Shown here one piece after another: positions 8,153-15,158 of a DNA stretch of 51,993 bases. Location of the stretch: IMG/VR virus record IMGVR_UViG_3300004625_000001. One strand, 5' to 3'. Source of the DNA: a virus. Position 1 is the first letter of the stretch, and each line of letters opens with the position of its first letter. The notes below the pieces were generated by a model. The model did not search any database. It was not told where the DNA came from and worked only from the letters and a program-made list of their open reading frames with translations. The translations under genes were made by a program, and so were the position numbers.

Positions 8153-8859
8153 AACCCAGGCATCGTATTGAGGACCATACGGACGATCCCGATAATTTCG
8201 ACCATTACCCCGTCGTCAGCGTCGAACTGGCGCTGCACGACGATCGGCTTGTGCCTTGGATTGCTCGATCGAGGATGGAACTCCGTCCTGTCCTCATAGA
8301 TCTCTATTTGCTTCACCGACCATTCCCGCATGTGGCCGCCGTCGCGGGTCCGCTGCACGACGACGACCATTCCATCGCGAAGCACGACGCGGTGGGCAAC
8401 ATCCTCATAAGCGGTGGCGACGATCGTGTCACCTGGCAGGATGGGGCGAGGCCGAAGCTCGTTCATGCTGTCGCCTTCGACGTCGAAGGTAAGCTGGCGG
8501 GCGTTTGGAAACTTCTCGTCGCGCGGAACCGTGATCTCTTCGGGCTCTGATTGATCGAACTCGTCGACCTCGCGGAAGAGGCTTGCGGAGACGATGCCGG
8601 CCTTCCTCGCTTGAACCCACTTTTCCGATGAAGGGGACACTTCAGACTGAGGTTCAAGCTCGATACCATCTCGAAGCCAGACGCGCGACCTGCCGATCGC
8701 ATCAGCCAACTTGTCGATCACATTCCCTCGCGGGTTGTCTGTGTCGCCCCTCAGATATTTGTTGATGCTGTCGTAAGGGACACCGGAACGCTTTGACAGA
8801 TCGGCTTTGTTCAAGCCGAGCGCGTCCATTTCCTGCTGAAGTCTTTCCCACCATTTCAT
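8149..8859 (-). CDS. cI: CI-like repressor: XRE HTH + S24 (LexA-type) autopeptidase
   Basis: N-terminal HTH LNKADLSKRSGVPYDSINKYLRG. C-terminal GDSM serine motif and downstream catalytic Lys region (WSVKQIE). Divergent from the cro-like gene. Confidence 0.9.
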   Translation of the reverse strand: MKWWERLQQEMDALGLNKADLSKRSGVPYDSINKYLRGDTDNPRGNVIDKLADAIGRSRVWLRDGIELEPQSEVSPSSEKWVQARKAGIVSASLFREVDEFDQSEPEEITVPRDEKFPNARQLTFDVEGDSMNELRPRPILPGDTIVATAYEDVAHRVVLRDGMVVVVQRTRDGGHMREWSVKQIEIYEDRTEFHPRSSNPRHKPIVVQRQFDADDGVMVEIIGIVRMVLNTMPGF

Positions 8860-8873
8860 GGCGCGATCATACT

Positions 8874-8931
8874 TTGGGATTTTTTATCCGCTTTGGATTT
8901 ATCATCCATTGATCTTGGATTTAAAATCCTA
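8874..8931. promoter_or_regulatory. OR-like tripartite operator between cI and cro
   Basis: TTGGGATTTTTTATCC (8874-8889), TTGGATTTATCATCC (8893-8907) and TTGGATTTAAAATCC (8915-8929). Spacing is 19 and 22 bp within the 84-bp divergent intergenic region. Confidence 0.65.
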
Positions 8932-8943
8932 TACAGATGAGGA

Positions 8944-9192
8944 ATGAGCACGTTCCGAACCATCCCAGAGATTGTCAAAGATTGCGGAGGCGCCCGCCGC
9001 ATTAGTGCGGCTAGCCTGAGCGAGAAGAGCAAGTGGCCGCTCAAAATCGATGCCATATACAAATGGTCGATCACGGGCATCCCAGACCGCCACTGGACCC
9101 TTCTCATGTCCCTCACGGACACGAGCGCTGAAGAGCTGCACGCGGCGAATTGCGCCGTTCGCGGCATCGATGCTGCGGAGACAGCAGCATGA
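8944..9192 (+). CDS. cro: Cro/YdaS-like small DNA-binding protein
   Basis: 82 aa; ...IDAIYKWSITGIPDRHW... resembles the YdaS/Cro family. First gene of the rightward operon, opposite cI. Confidence 0.6.
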   Translation: MSTFRTIPEIVKDCGGARRISAASLSEKSKWPLKIDAIYKWSITGIPDRHWTLLMSLTDTSAEELHAANCAVRGIDAAETAA

Positions 9193-9947
9193 CGGCCGAC
9201 AAGCAGCTCAAAGCCTACATCGACCGAGTTCTTCGCCTGAAGGAAGAGCAGGACGCACTCGGCCAGGACATCCGAGACGTTTACGCCGAGGCAAAGGCCG
9301 AAGGCTACGACAAGACCGTGATGGGCAAGCTTGTCGCCCATCTCCGCAAGGTGCTGAAGGAAGGCGACGGCGCGATTGCTGAAGCCGAAAGCATCTTCGA
9401 CACGTACCTGCATGCCTACCAGCGCGCATCTGGCACGGCAGTTGCAATCGCGCACACGCATGAGGAAGAATTCGACCCGATCACGGGCGAGTTCGTCAAC
9501 GATAATTCCGAGACGCACCAGAGGCCCTCGACCAACGATAAGCCATCCCAAGAGGCAGGTCCGCAAGCCGAAGCCTCTCCTGCCGGGACTGGAGCCGGGA
9601 CGCTTGCGGATCGTGAGGGCCGTTTCGAAGGGGAGGCGGCTTCGGCCGACCTCTCCACCAATCCCGAAATCGATCCGAATGAGGATCGCGAAGAAGGCCA
9701 CAGCCTCGACGGGAACGTCGGCGCCAACGCAGGAGGCGACCATGTAAACCGCAGCGTAGAGCGCGCGTCCGGGCGACAGCAGGACACCCATACCTTGAAC
9801 AACCGGCTGGATGGTGTGCCCGTCCAGTCGGTCAAGAAGCCCCTTCGGCCTTTGTGCCGGAACCCAGGCGACAACTGTGGCGGCTACGGCAGCACGCATT
9901 GCGCCTACTGCCTGCGAGCATCGAAGCAAGCTGAGGTGGCGGCATGA
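9189..9947 (+). CDS. GapR/DUF2312-domain protein with long acidic tail and Cys-rich C-terminus
   Basis: N-terminus LKAYIDRVLRLKEEQDALGQDIRDVYAEAKAEGYDKTVMGKLV matches the DUF2312 signature. ATGA overlap with cro. C-terminus is CRNPGDNCGGYGSTHCAYC. Confidence 0.75.
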   Translation: MTADKQLKAYIDRVLRLKEEQDALGQDIRDVYAEAKAEGYDKTVMGKLVAHLRKVLKEGDGAIAEAESIFDTYLHAYQRASGTAVAIAHTHEEEFDPITGEFVNDNSETHQRPSTNDKPSQEAGPQAEASPAGTGAGTLADREGRFEGEAASADLSTNPEIDPNEDREEGHSLDGNVGANAGGDHVNRSVERASGRQQDTHTLNNRLDGVPVQSVKKPLRPLCRNPGDNCGGYGSTHCAYCLRASKQAEVAA

Positions 9948-10264
9948 TCACGGCTCCGCACATCAAATCCCGCGCCGCGCTGACGTCGATGATTATCGAC
10001 TTCACAGCAAAGGGTGGCGAAATCCGCAAGTTCGATCGCGGCTTCACCAGCGACTGGATCTATCTGCGGGATGTCTTCAAGGGCTTCGGCTACGAGCTTA
10101 GGACGGACCGAAAGCTCTACATCGTCCAGAAGATCGGATCGAAGGGCAGGCCGAAGCGTCTGAGCCGAGTGCAGGCCATCCGCGAGATCGACCGCGTTCT
10201 CGTCGAGAACGGCATGCAGCCGTTCATGATCACCAAGCATGAGTTTCGGGAGGCGCGCCGATGA
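9944..10264 (+). CDS. Hypothetical early protein
   Basis: 106 aa, ATGA-coupled. Confidence 0.6.
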   Translation: MITAPHIKSRAALTSMIIDFTAKGGEIRKFDRGFTSDWIYLRDVFKGFGYELRTDRKLYIVQKIGSKGRPKRLSRVQAIREIDRVLVENGMQPFMITKHEFREARR

Positions 10265-10368
10265 CGCCGATCCTCCATCCAACCTCGATCGATGCACTGG
10301 CCCAACGCGCGATTGAACGCGGCGTCGGGCTCGATCGAAAGCAAGTTTCAAGACCGGGAGCGAAATAG
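10261..10368 (+). CDS. Possible 35-aa ORF
   Basis: MTPILHPTSIDALAQRAIERGVGLDRKQVSRPGAK; its ATG overlaps the previous stop (ATGA). Too short to verify. Confidence 0.3.
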   Translation: MTPILHPTSIDALAQRAIERGVGLDRKQVSRPGAK

Positions 10369-10370
10369 CC

Positions 10371-10679
10371 ATGTGCAATTTCCGAGTTGGGCAGAAGGTT
10401 GTTTGCGTCAGGGACGACTTCGCGAGGGATAGATACGCCGGGGTCGGATATCCTGAACACGGCAAGGTCTACACCCTACGGACCGTCGAGTTCGACGATC
10501 GCTATAAGCTGACGTTCGTCAGGCTTGCGGAGATCCGCAACCCCGTTCTCATGTACCAGGGCGGGATGACCGAGGTGTCGTTCGATGCGGAAGCGTTCCG
10601 GCCTGTCGCCGAGCGCAAGACGGACATCTCCATCTTCAAAGCCATGCTGACGCCGAAGACTGAGCAGGTGCCGGCATGA
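10371..10679 (+). CDS. Hypothetical early protein
   Basis: 102 aa; coding-like, in-operon. Confidence 0.6.
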   Translation: MCNFRVGQKVVCVRDDFARDRYAGVGYPEHGKVYTLRTVEFDDRYKLTFVRLAEIRNPVLMYQGGMTEVSFDAEAFRPVAERKTDISIFKAMLTPKTEQVPA

Positions 10680-10831
10680 GCGCTCTTGGCCCGATGTTCC
10701 TCGCCCTTGTCATCTTCGGATTCCTCTTCTGCGCGGCGATGGCGATCGCTCCCGCTCTTCTGTCGGGAAAGATCCGCCACGAAGAGAACGCGGGTTTGCA
10801 CCGTAGCCGGCACCCCGCGAACACGAACTGA
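10676..10831 (+). CDS. Small single-pass membrane protein (51 aa, not in ORF track)
   Basis: MSALGPMFLALVIFGFLFCAAMAIAPALLSGKIRHEENAGLHRSRHPANTN. ATGA overlap with the upstream gene; a hairpin starts at its stop codon. Confidence 0.5.
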   Translation: MSALGPMFLALVIFGFLFCAAMAIAPALLSGKIRHEENAGLHRSRHPANTN

Positions 10832-11118
10832 CGGGCACCTCCTCCCGCCCGTCACGACTGGTCCAGGTTACCCCCACTCTCCCGAGCGCCTGGACCAGTC
10901 ACCTTTATGCGGACCCTCTTGTTCGCCAGACGCAAGACGACGGCGTCAGTGACTGAGACAAGAGGTTCCCAATTGTCAGGTGGCGACGGCGGATCGCCAC
11001 CTGCAGCAGAACCGGACGCGGCGGATGTGTCGGTTCTGCGGAATGGAATGAGGGTTGGCCCGTGCGGCGGACCAGACGACGGGACTGAAGTCCCTGCCAG
11101 GATATCGGCCCCGTCGTC
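10829..11118 (+). other. Non-coding, highly structured spacer (five stem-loops)
   Basis: Stems at 10829-10854 (8 bp), 10856-10900 (12 bp perfect, 21-nt loop), 10979-11001 (8 bp), 11006-11039 (9 bp) and 11075-11118 (9 bp with nested gggac-tgaa-gtccc). No convincing ORF. Confidence 0.5.
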
Positions 11119-11187
11119 TTCAATCTCAGTCCTGCGCATCTGTAGCTCCTCTGAACAAGGGCGAAGGTAAAGCAGGAGCCAGACAAG

Positions 11188-11562
11188 GTGTTGTCAAACA
11201 AAGACAAGGAATTGGCAAACAGGGCCAAGGTCATGACTGATGCATTTTACGCACAAAACCTTCTGAGAGAGGCCTTTCCAGAGAGCCGGTACGGCTCGGT
11301 GAAGGGAGCGATATTTGCGGCATATCGCTTCGTTCGCCCGAAGGTCTCGAAAGAGCTGACCCCAAGAAGAATTCGATCCATCCGCGAGGGAACAGCTCGC
11401 CGGATCGATGCTGAGGAAATGGAAGCGCTCAAGGCAGCGATCATCGAGGAGGCTCACCGTGAGCAACAAGAATTACGCGCCCGTCTGGCTGCGCTGGACA
11501 AAAAGGTTGCCGCTTTCGGCGAGAGCGTGGCTCGCCGAGCGGTGGCGGGCGCGGGCGAATAA
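11188..11562 (+). CDS. Hypothetical protein (coiled-coil C-terminus)
   Basis: The listed start at 11188 is GTG. An ATG at 11233 (MTDAFYAQ) is an alternative. Confidence 0.55.
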   Translation: MLSNKDKELANRAKVMTDAFYAQNLLREAFPESRYGSVKGAIFAAYRFVRPKVSKELTPRRIRSIREGTARRIDAEEMEALKAAIIEEAHREQQELRARLAALDKKVAAFGESVARRAVAGAGE

Positions 11563-11600
11563 GTGGGCCGATCGGGCCGAGTGGATCATGGGAGACTGAG

Positions 11601-12818
11601 ATGAGCATTCATCAGCCGACACTCTTCGAGGGCTCGAAGCGTCTTGTCTACGACGAAGCGGTCGAGATGACGCTACAGTCAATGCAGGTCTACGGACCGG
11701 CACACGATCATTGGGTGTTCGCCTTCTCTGGCGGTAAAGACAGCACAGCAACGTTGACGGTCATCATCCACCTGATCGACGCCGGCCGGCTCGCTGCGCC
11801 GAAGTCTATCAGCGTTCTCTACGCTGATACGCGTATGGAACTGCCCCCGCTTGCAATCGCAGCTGAGCGCCTTCTCGATCGGCTCCGCACGCGCGGCATC
11901 CATTGCGAGACCGTGTGCGCACCAATGGATCAGCGTTTCCTCGTCTACATGCTTGGTCGTGGTGTTCCACCGCCGAACAACAACACGTTCCGCTGGTGCA
12001 CTCGCCAGATCAAGGTTGATCCAATGACCGCGGCGCTGGAGCGTCGGATCAACGAGCTCGACGGCTCGATCCTGATGATCACTGGCGTGCGCCAGGGCGA
12101 GAGCGCCATCCGTGATGGCCGCATCGCCATGTCATGCGGCAAGGACGGGGCGGAGTGCGGCCAAGGCTGGTATCAACAGGTTGTTCCGGAAGCGAAAGGT
12201 ATTCGCGGCCGCATCGCCACCTTGGCGCCGATCCTTCACTGGCGCGTCTGCAACGTCTTCGACTGGCTCAAGATTTATGCCCGGATGGAAGAATATGGCG
12301 CTTGGGATACGTCGGCTGTCGTCGACGCCTATGGTGGCGACGAGGCGCAGGAGATCAATGCGAGGACCGGGTGCAACGGATGTCCACTCGCTACCCGCGA
12401 TCTTGGGCTTGAGACCGTCGTCCGCGTTCCGTTCTGGTCGTACATCTCGCCTCTCTCCGGTCTGAAGCCGCTCTATCGGGAACTGCGCGAGCCGCGAAAC
12501 AGACTCAAGAAGACAGGAATCGAAGAGAACGGCGACATTGCCACGGCCAAGAACAAGCAGCGGATGGGCCCGTTGACATTCGAAGCTCGTCTGATGGCGC
12601 TTGGTCGCATCCTGTCCATTCAGTCAGAGATCAAACTCAATGCCAATCGCCTCGTCCGACCGCACGTCGATCTGATCAATGCCGAGGAAGAGTGCCGCAT
12701 CCGCGAGCTGGTCTCGCTCCGCACCTGGCCAAACGGCTGGGACGGCGACGAGCCGACCGCCGACACTCCAATGGATGCTGTCTTTGCAGACGGCTCCGTA
12801 CAGCCACTGTTGATGTGA
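11601..12818 (+). CDS. DndC-like PP-loop ATP pyrophosphatase (PAPS-reductase superfamily)
   Basis: PP-loop FSGGKDST. DndC-type block LGRGVPPPNNNTFRWCTRQIKVDP and ITGVRQGES. Cys clusters SCGKDGAECGQGW and TGCNGCP. GGGAG RBS. Confidence 0.8.
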   Translation: MSIHQPTLFEGSKRLVYDEAVEMTLQSMQVYGPAHDHWVFAFSGGKDSTATLTVIIHLIDAGRLAAPKSISVLYADTRMELPPLAIAAERLLDRLRTRGIHCETVCAPMDQRFLVYMLGRGVPPPNNNTFRWCTRQIKVDPMTAALERRINELDGSILMITGVRQGESAIRDGRIAMSCGKDGAECGQGWYQQVVPEAKGIRGRIATLAPILHWRVCNVFDWLKIYARMEEYGAWDTSAVVDAYGGDEAQEINARTGCNGCPLATRDLGLETVVRVPFWSYISPLSGLKPLYRELREPRNRLKKTGIEENGDIATAKNKQRMGPLTFEARLMALGRILSIQSEIKLNANRLVRPHVDLINAEEECRIRELVSLRTWPNGWDGDEPTADTPMDAVFADGSVQPLLM

Positions 12819-12855
12819 GGCTCTGATGAAACGCCCGACGATGCATTCAGACAGC

Positions 12856-13695
12856 CTAAGCTGCACGTTGCCTGGGCCTCGGTCTCCTGCGGCGCGGCTC
12901 GACAACACGCAATCGTTCAATCAAACGCTGATTGAAGTCGACTCGGTCGATCCCAAAGTGCGCACGCCGGTGACAGTCAGGGCACACCCCGATGACGTTG
13001 CAGGGGCTGTCAGGCCCCCCATCGGAAAGACGGTGCACATGGTGGCATTCGATATAAAGACTGCCGTTAGGGCGTCGAAATGGCCCTGGTTCCCTACAGT
13101 TTTCACAAATTCCGCCGGCGCGCGCCAAGACATAGTCCCGTACGTCGCGGCTCCTAGCGAAAACGCTTCTCTGTGCTGGAACACGTTCCGGTGTGGGCTC
13201 TGCAGCTTCGAAAGCTCGACGCCTGAGCTCTTCGATATCTTCTTCGTCGTTCGGGAGGACGGGTTCAACGTGGTCGAGGTTGCCTGCGACATCTCCTGCG
13301 CGGCGCAATTCGAAGACGATCGCATCGCGGATGTTGTTGTATTTGTCTGGCGCTGGTTCGTAGTGGTGGCGCTCATAGACCATTTCTCCATCATAGCGAA
13401 GCCCGCCTCGGACCGACGTGAAGAGATGGATAGCCTCACCATTTTGCCAGGAATCGACGATAGCTCGATTTCCGGACCTCATTTCCATCGGGCCAACCTG
13501 CCCCTGACCAAAATACTCGAAGACGCCATCGTCTCTCCACCGATCGGCGTATCCGTGCCGCCGTCCTTCCTCACCGCTAACAATGAAGATGATGGGAGTG
13601 TCAGCAGGCGTGATGATGCCGCTGCGCTGTTGCCCGTTATAGACCCCGTGGATATCGGCTACGCGGTTGTAAACTTGGCCAAGCATGAACGGCAT
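12856..13695 (-). CDS. SRA(YDG)-like domain + HNH endonuclease; putative modification-dependent (type IV) restriction enzyme
   Basis: N-terminal SGIITPADTPIIFIVSGEEGRRHGYADRWRDDGVFEYFGQGQVG...SGNRAI...GEAIHLF fits the SRA pattern. C-terminal CENC...ECHHVHRLSDGGPDSPCNVIGVCPDCHRRAH is a canonical HNH. It is on the opposite strand to the surrounding operon. Confidence 0.7.
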   Translation of the reverse strand: MPFMLGQVYNRVADIHGVYNGQQRSGIITPADTPIIFIVSGEEGRRHGYADRWRDDGVFEYFGQGQVGPMEMRSGNRAIVDSWQNGEAIHLFTSVRGGLRYDGEMVYERHHYEPAPDKYNNIRDAIVFELRRAGDVAGNLDHVEPVLPNDEEDIEELRRRAFEAAEPTPERVPAQRSVFARSRDVRDYVLARAGGICENCREPGPFRRPNGSLYIECHHVHRLSDGGPDSPCNVIGVCPDCHRRAHFGIDRVDFNQRLIERLRVVEPRRRRPRPRQRAA

Positions 13696-13763
13696 ACGAA
13701 CCTCCCTCTCGTTTGGTTCTCCCTTGTAGGTTGTTCTCCTTCCTTAAGAGTTAAGGAGGCTGC

Positions 13764-13964
13764 ATGACCGAACCCTCCGAGATGATCGCCTGGCTCGACC
13801 GCCGCATCGCCTCCGCCATGACCTGGCTGGACGACCACGGCAAAGGCTCAAAGAAGCCTCGCCCAGACCACGAAATCGAAACCAAGGAATACGACATCGC
13901 CCGCTTTGAGGAGATCAAGGCGGCGTATGTGAAGGCATTGGCGAAGAGGGAGCAGGCGGCATGA
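13764..13964 (+). CDS. Hypothetical small protein
   Basis: TAAGGAGG RBS; 66 aa; ATGA-coupled to the methyltransferase remnant. Confidence 0.6.
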   Translation: MTEPSEMIAWLDRRIASAMTWLDDHGKGSKKPRPDHEIETKEYDIARFEEIKAAYVKALAKREQAA

Positions 13965-14100
13965 TCGAAACCCGCTCAATTCTCGACGGCCGCGGCACGA
14001 TCCTTGTGGACGATTGCATCGAAGCCATGCGTGCGATGCCGGCGCACTCGGTCGATTGCGTTGTGACGTCGCCGCCTAACTGGGGGCTTCGCGATTATGG
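13961..14100 (+). pseudogene. Remnant (first ~46 codons) of a beta-class N6A/N4C DNA methyltransferase
   Basis: ILVDDCIEAMRAMPAHSVDCVVTSPPNWGLRDYG is the N-terminus plus motif IV, with (D/S)PPY degenerated to SPPN. After ~14100 the frame is merely antisense to the DUF982 gene. Confidence 0.7.
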
Positions 14101-14106
14101 GGCAAA

Positions 14107-14130
14107 GAGAGGCCGCAATTGCAGCCTCTC
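14107..14130 (-). terminator. Hairpin downstream of DUF982 gene A
   Basis: gagaggc-N10-gcctctc followed on the minus strand by TTTG. It lies exactly at the methyltransferase breakpoint. Confidence 0.4.
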
Positions 14131-14146
14131 CACTTACGCGAGACTA

Positions 14147-14446
14147 TCAGGCAGAGACACGCCCGCCGCCGGTCGGGGTCTTGATCATCCACGGCTGGAT
14201 CGCGGGCTGCTTCATCAAGATTCCCTTTTTATTTCCGAACGCTCGGATGGCGTCGCGAGCTACCTCAAGCGGCTTATGTCCGTCGTGGGCCATGTAGCAG
14301 GTCTTAAGGGCTGCCTCATGGGCGAGGTCCCGGTCGCGCTCGGGCCAATCTTCAAGGAAGTCAATCGCGTCTGCCAGGGAGACTATCTCCCGAACCAGTC
14401 CTTCCCGCTCCTTCAGATAGACGGGGCGAATGAAGTTTGCATTCAT
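14147..14446 (-). CDS. DUF982-domain protein (copy A)
   Basis: IRPVYLKEREGLVREIVSLADAIDFLEDWP...AALKTCYMA...ARDAIRAFGNKKGIL. ATG at 14446 has a GAGG RBS; the 14479 start is TTG. Confidence 0.75.
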   Translation of the reverse strand: MNANFIRPVYLKEREGLVREIVSLADAIDFLEDWPERDRDLAHEAALKTCYMAHDGHKPLEVARDAIRAFGNKKGILMKQPAIQPWMIKTPTGGGRVSA

Positions 14447-14574
14447 AGCTACCTCACTGAAAACGTTGGTGATCAACAAGGATGGCGCCGAATCTCAACG
14501 CCGGCGAAAAATGTATTTTTGCGGTTTTTCGGTTTCAATACGTGCCGCGTGAAATTTTTGCGGGAGGCCGGCCG

Positions 14575-14730
14575 ATGACCTTCCTCGAAGCCTTCACCAA
14601 GTACGGCCCAGACGTCGAGCGCATCGCCGATGCCCTCGGCATCACTCCACCCGAAGCGGACCGCCTCATCAACGACCTCATGGATCGCCGGTACCAGAAG
14701 CGCGCCCAGTATAGTCGGAGGCCGGCATGA
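14575..14730 (+). CDS. Hypothetical small protein (51 aa)
   Basis: MTFLEAFTKYGPDVERIADALGITPPEADRLINDLMDRRYQKR; GGGAGG RBS; coupled to rusA (ATGA). Confidence 0.5.
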   Translation: MTFLEAFTKYGPDVERIADALGITPPEADRLINDLMDRRYQKRAQYSRRPA

Positions 14731-15158
14731 CAGAGCGTATGACCGCCCAGCAGTACCGTGAGCAGTTCGTCGAGCCGAAGGCAGTCTCGTCCGCCCGTGT
14801 CATCATCTCGGTCATGCCGCCGTCGGCTAACGGCTTGCGTAAGAGCTTCATCCAGGAGGGCAAGGTCGTCAGCGTCAAAAGCAACGGCTATGCCGACTGG
14901 CGCAAGGCGGCCGTGGACCAAATCAGATCTCAGGGCGTCGGCAAGATCAGCGGACCATATCGGCTATCGATCGTTGCTCAGCGCAATTGGCGCTCGAAGC
15001 GCGCGAGAGATATCGACAACATAATCAAGCCGATCTCGGACGCGTTGGTGAAGGCTGGCGTCGTTCAGGATGACAGCTTGGCAGAGTGTGTCACCGCCCG
15101 GTGGGCTGACGACTTGCAAGGGCATGCTGCTGTCATCGACGTGGAGGTCTGCCAGTGA
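14727..15158 (+). CDS. rusA: RusA-family Holliday-junction resolvase
   Basis: MPPSANG..., ARDIDNIIKPISDALVKAGVVQDDS matches the catalytic Asp region of RusA. Confidence 0.85.
   Translation: MTERMTAQQYREQFVEPKAVSSARVIISVMPPSANGLRKSFIQEGKVVSVKSNGYADWRKAAVDQIRSQGVGKISGPYRLSIVAQRNWRSKRARDIDNIIKPISDALVKAGVVQDDSLAECVTARWADDLQGHAAVIDVEVCQ

Noticed and set aside
8856-9929. 357-aa minus-strand ORF, the longest unassigned ORF in the early region
   Set aside because: It is entirely antisense to the well-supported cro, GapR-like and downstream genes. Its composition is Arg/Ala/Gly/Val-rich with no motif, and it has no RBS. This is the typical high-GC antisense shadow ORF.
10852-11170. 95-aa (minus) and 87-aa (plus) ORFs in the structured spacer
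   Set aside because: Both are Pro/Ser/Gly/Arg-rich, lack an RBS, and coincide with the stem-loop arms. The region is better explained as non-coding, though this is not proven.
12826-13767. 313-aa plus-strand ORF that would continue the early operon after the DndC-like gene
   Set aside because: The opposite strand encodes a protein with clear SRA-like and canonical HNH motifs. The plus-strand translation has no recognisable features.
13961-14578. 205-aa ORF listed as a single gene (methyltransferase-like start)
   Set aside because: Only the first ~46 codons are methyltransferase-like. The remainder is the reverse frame of the DUF982 gene. It is treated as a pseudogene remnant, not a functional CDS.
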